Positions 63,530-64,000 of a stretch of DNA of 64,000 bases are shown here, piece after piece. The stretch's first letter is position 1. Each line of letters starts with the position of its first letter. The notes below the pieces were generated by a model. The model was not told the DNA's origin. It ran no database searches and saw nothing but the letters and a program-made list of their open reading frames with translations. A program made the translations under genes and the position numbers. Source of the DNA: Vicugna vicugna (taxonomy: Eukaryota); contig MU058636.1 of assembly GCA_013265495.1 (NCBI GenBank), positions 5,181,741-5,245,740 on the forward strand. Direction: 5' to 3'.

Positions 63530-64000
63530 TGTCTCTACGATTTCCGTCAAAAGGGCTCTTTGGTAACCGGAAAAACGTCATGACTCCATTTGGTCCTAGA
63601 GGGTGGGAGTGGCCGCTTGGGCTAAATCCCTCTTCCCTTTTCCCTTCGCTAATCAGGTGTCGTACAGGGGACCCAGGGTCCTCCTGCTCCAGCGCAGCTC
63701 AGAGTGAAAGCTAAAACGTGATTATTCAAAAAACAGATGCAAAAGGCTAATAAAGGTTAAAGAGAGTTACTCAAAGTCCAAACCTTGGTGTTTCTCTCAG
63801 AAGAACAATCACAGCTGTCATTTGAAGTTCACCAAGTAATTCTGCAAGATCGAATTAAAGAATAACTGCTGGGTTGAAATGATTAAAAGATAACAGTAAG
63901 AGGGAGAGAAAAGCATCTCCTTTGTTTTCCTCCAAGGCGCCCTAGACGGGGGCCTGCGGGACGCGCCGTTCAGGCCTGCGAGCATAGGGTGCCTCTTCAC
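63530..64000. promoter_or_regulatory. CpG-enriched unique sequence, possible shore of a CpG island beyond the window
   Basis: CpG density rises, peaking at ggcgccctagacgggggcctgcgggacgcgccgttcaggcctgcgagc; ETS-like ccggaa and a CRE half-site cgtca near 63568-63580. Confidence 0.45.

Noticed and set aside
1..64000. CRISPR array, operon or other prokaryote-style system
   Set aside because: The sequence is mammalian, repeat-rich and gene-poor, with no regularly spaced repeats or long ORFs.

Overview
Non-coding mammalian genomic DNA, most likely camelid (alpaca/llama/camel): it carries two copies of the tRNA-derived camelid vic-1-type SINE and no Alu, B1, Bov-tA or BovB elements. I find no protein-coding exon I can assign to a gene; the supplied ORFs are short and read as chance ORFs or decayed repeat frames. 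Much of the window is fossil repeat (L1, L2, MIR, MaLR/ERVL LTRs, an ERVL integrase relic, MER5A/MER58/Charlie/Tigger DNA transposons) between unique, possibly regulatory stretches, and CpG density rises at the right edge. Family and subfamily names come from recalled consensus sequences, not a database search, so boundaries are approximate unless a target-site duplication (TSD) is given. The most unusual items are: (1) a perfect 129-bp inverted repeat made of an ancient MLT2 fragment, looping out 371 bp that contain an exon-like cassette; (2) a 69-bp near-perfect local copy of an old L2 fragment placed inside a MIR-like element about 1 kb away, with microhomology; (3) a 5'-truncated, 3'-extended U2 snRNA retrocopy with a perfect 15-bp TSD; (4) a U6/L1 chimeric retrocopy; (5) a CpG-retaining ERV LTR with an internal primer-binding-site-like motif. 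I cannot support a claim of a new multi-gene system from this window.
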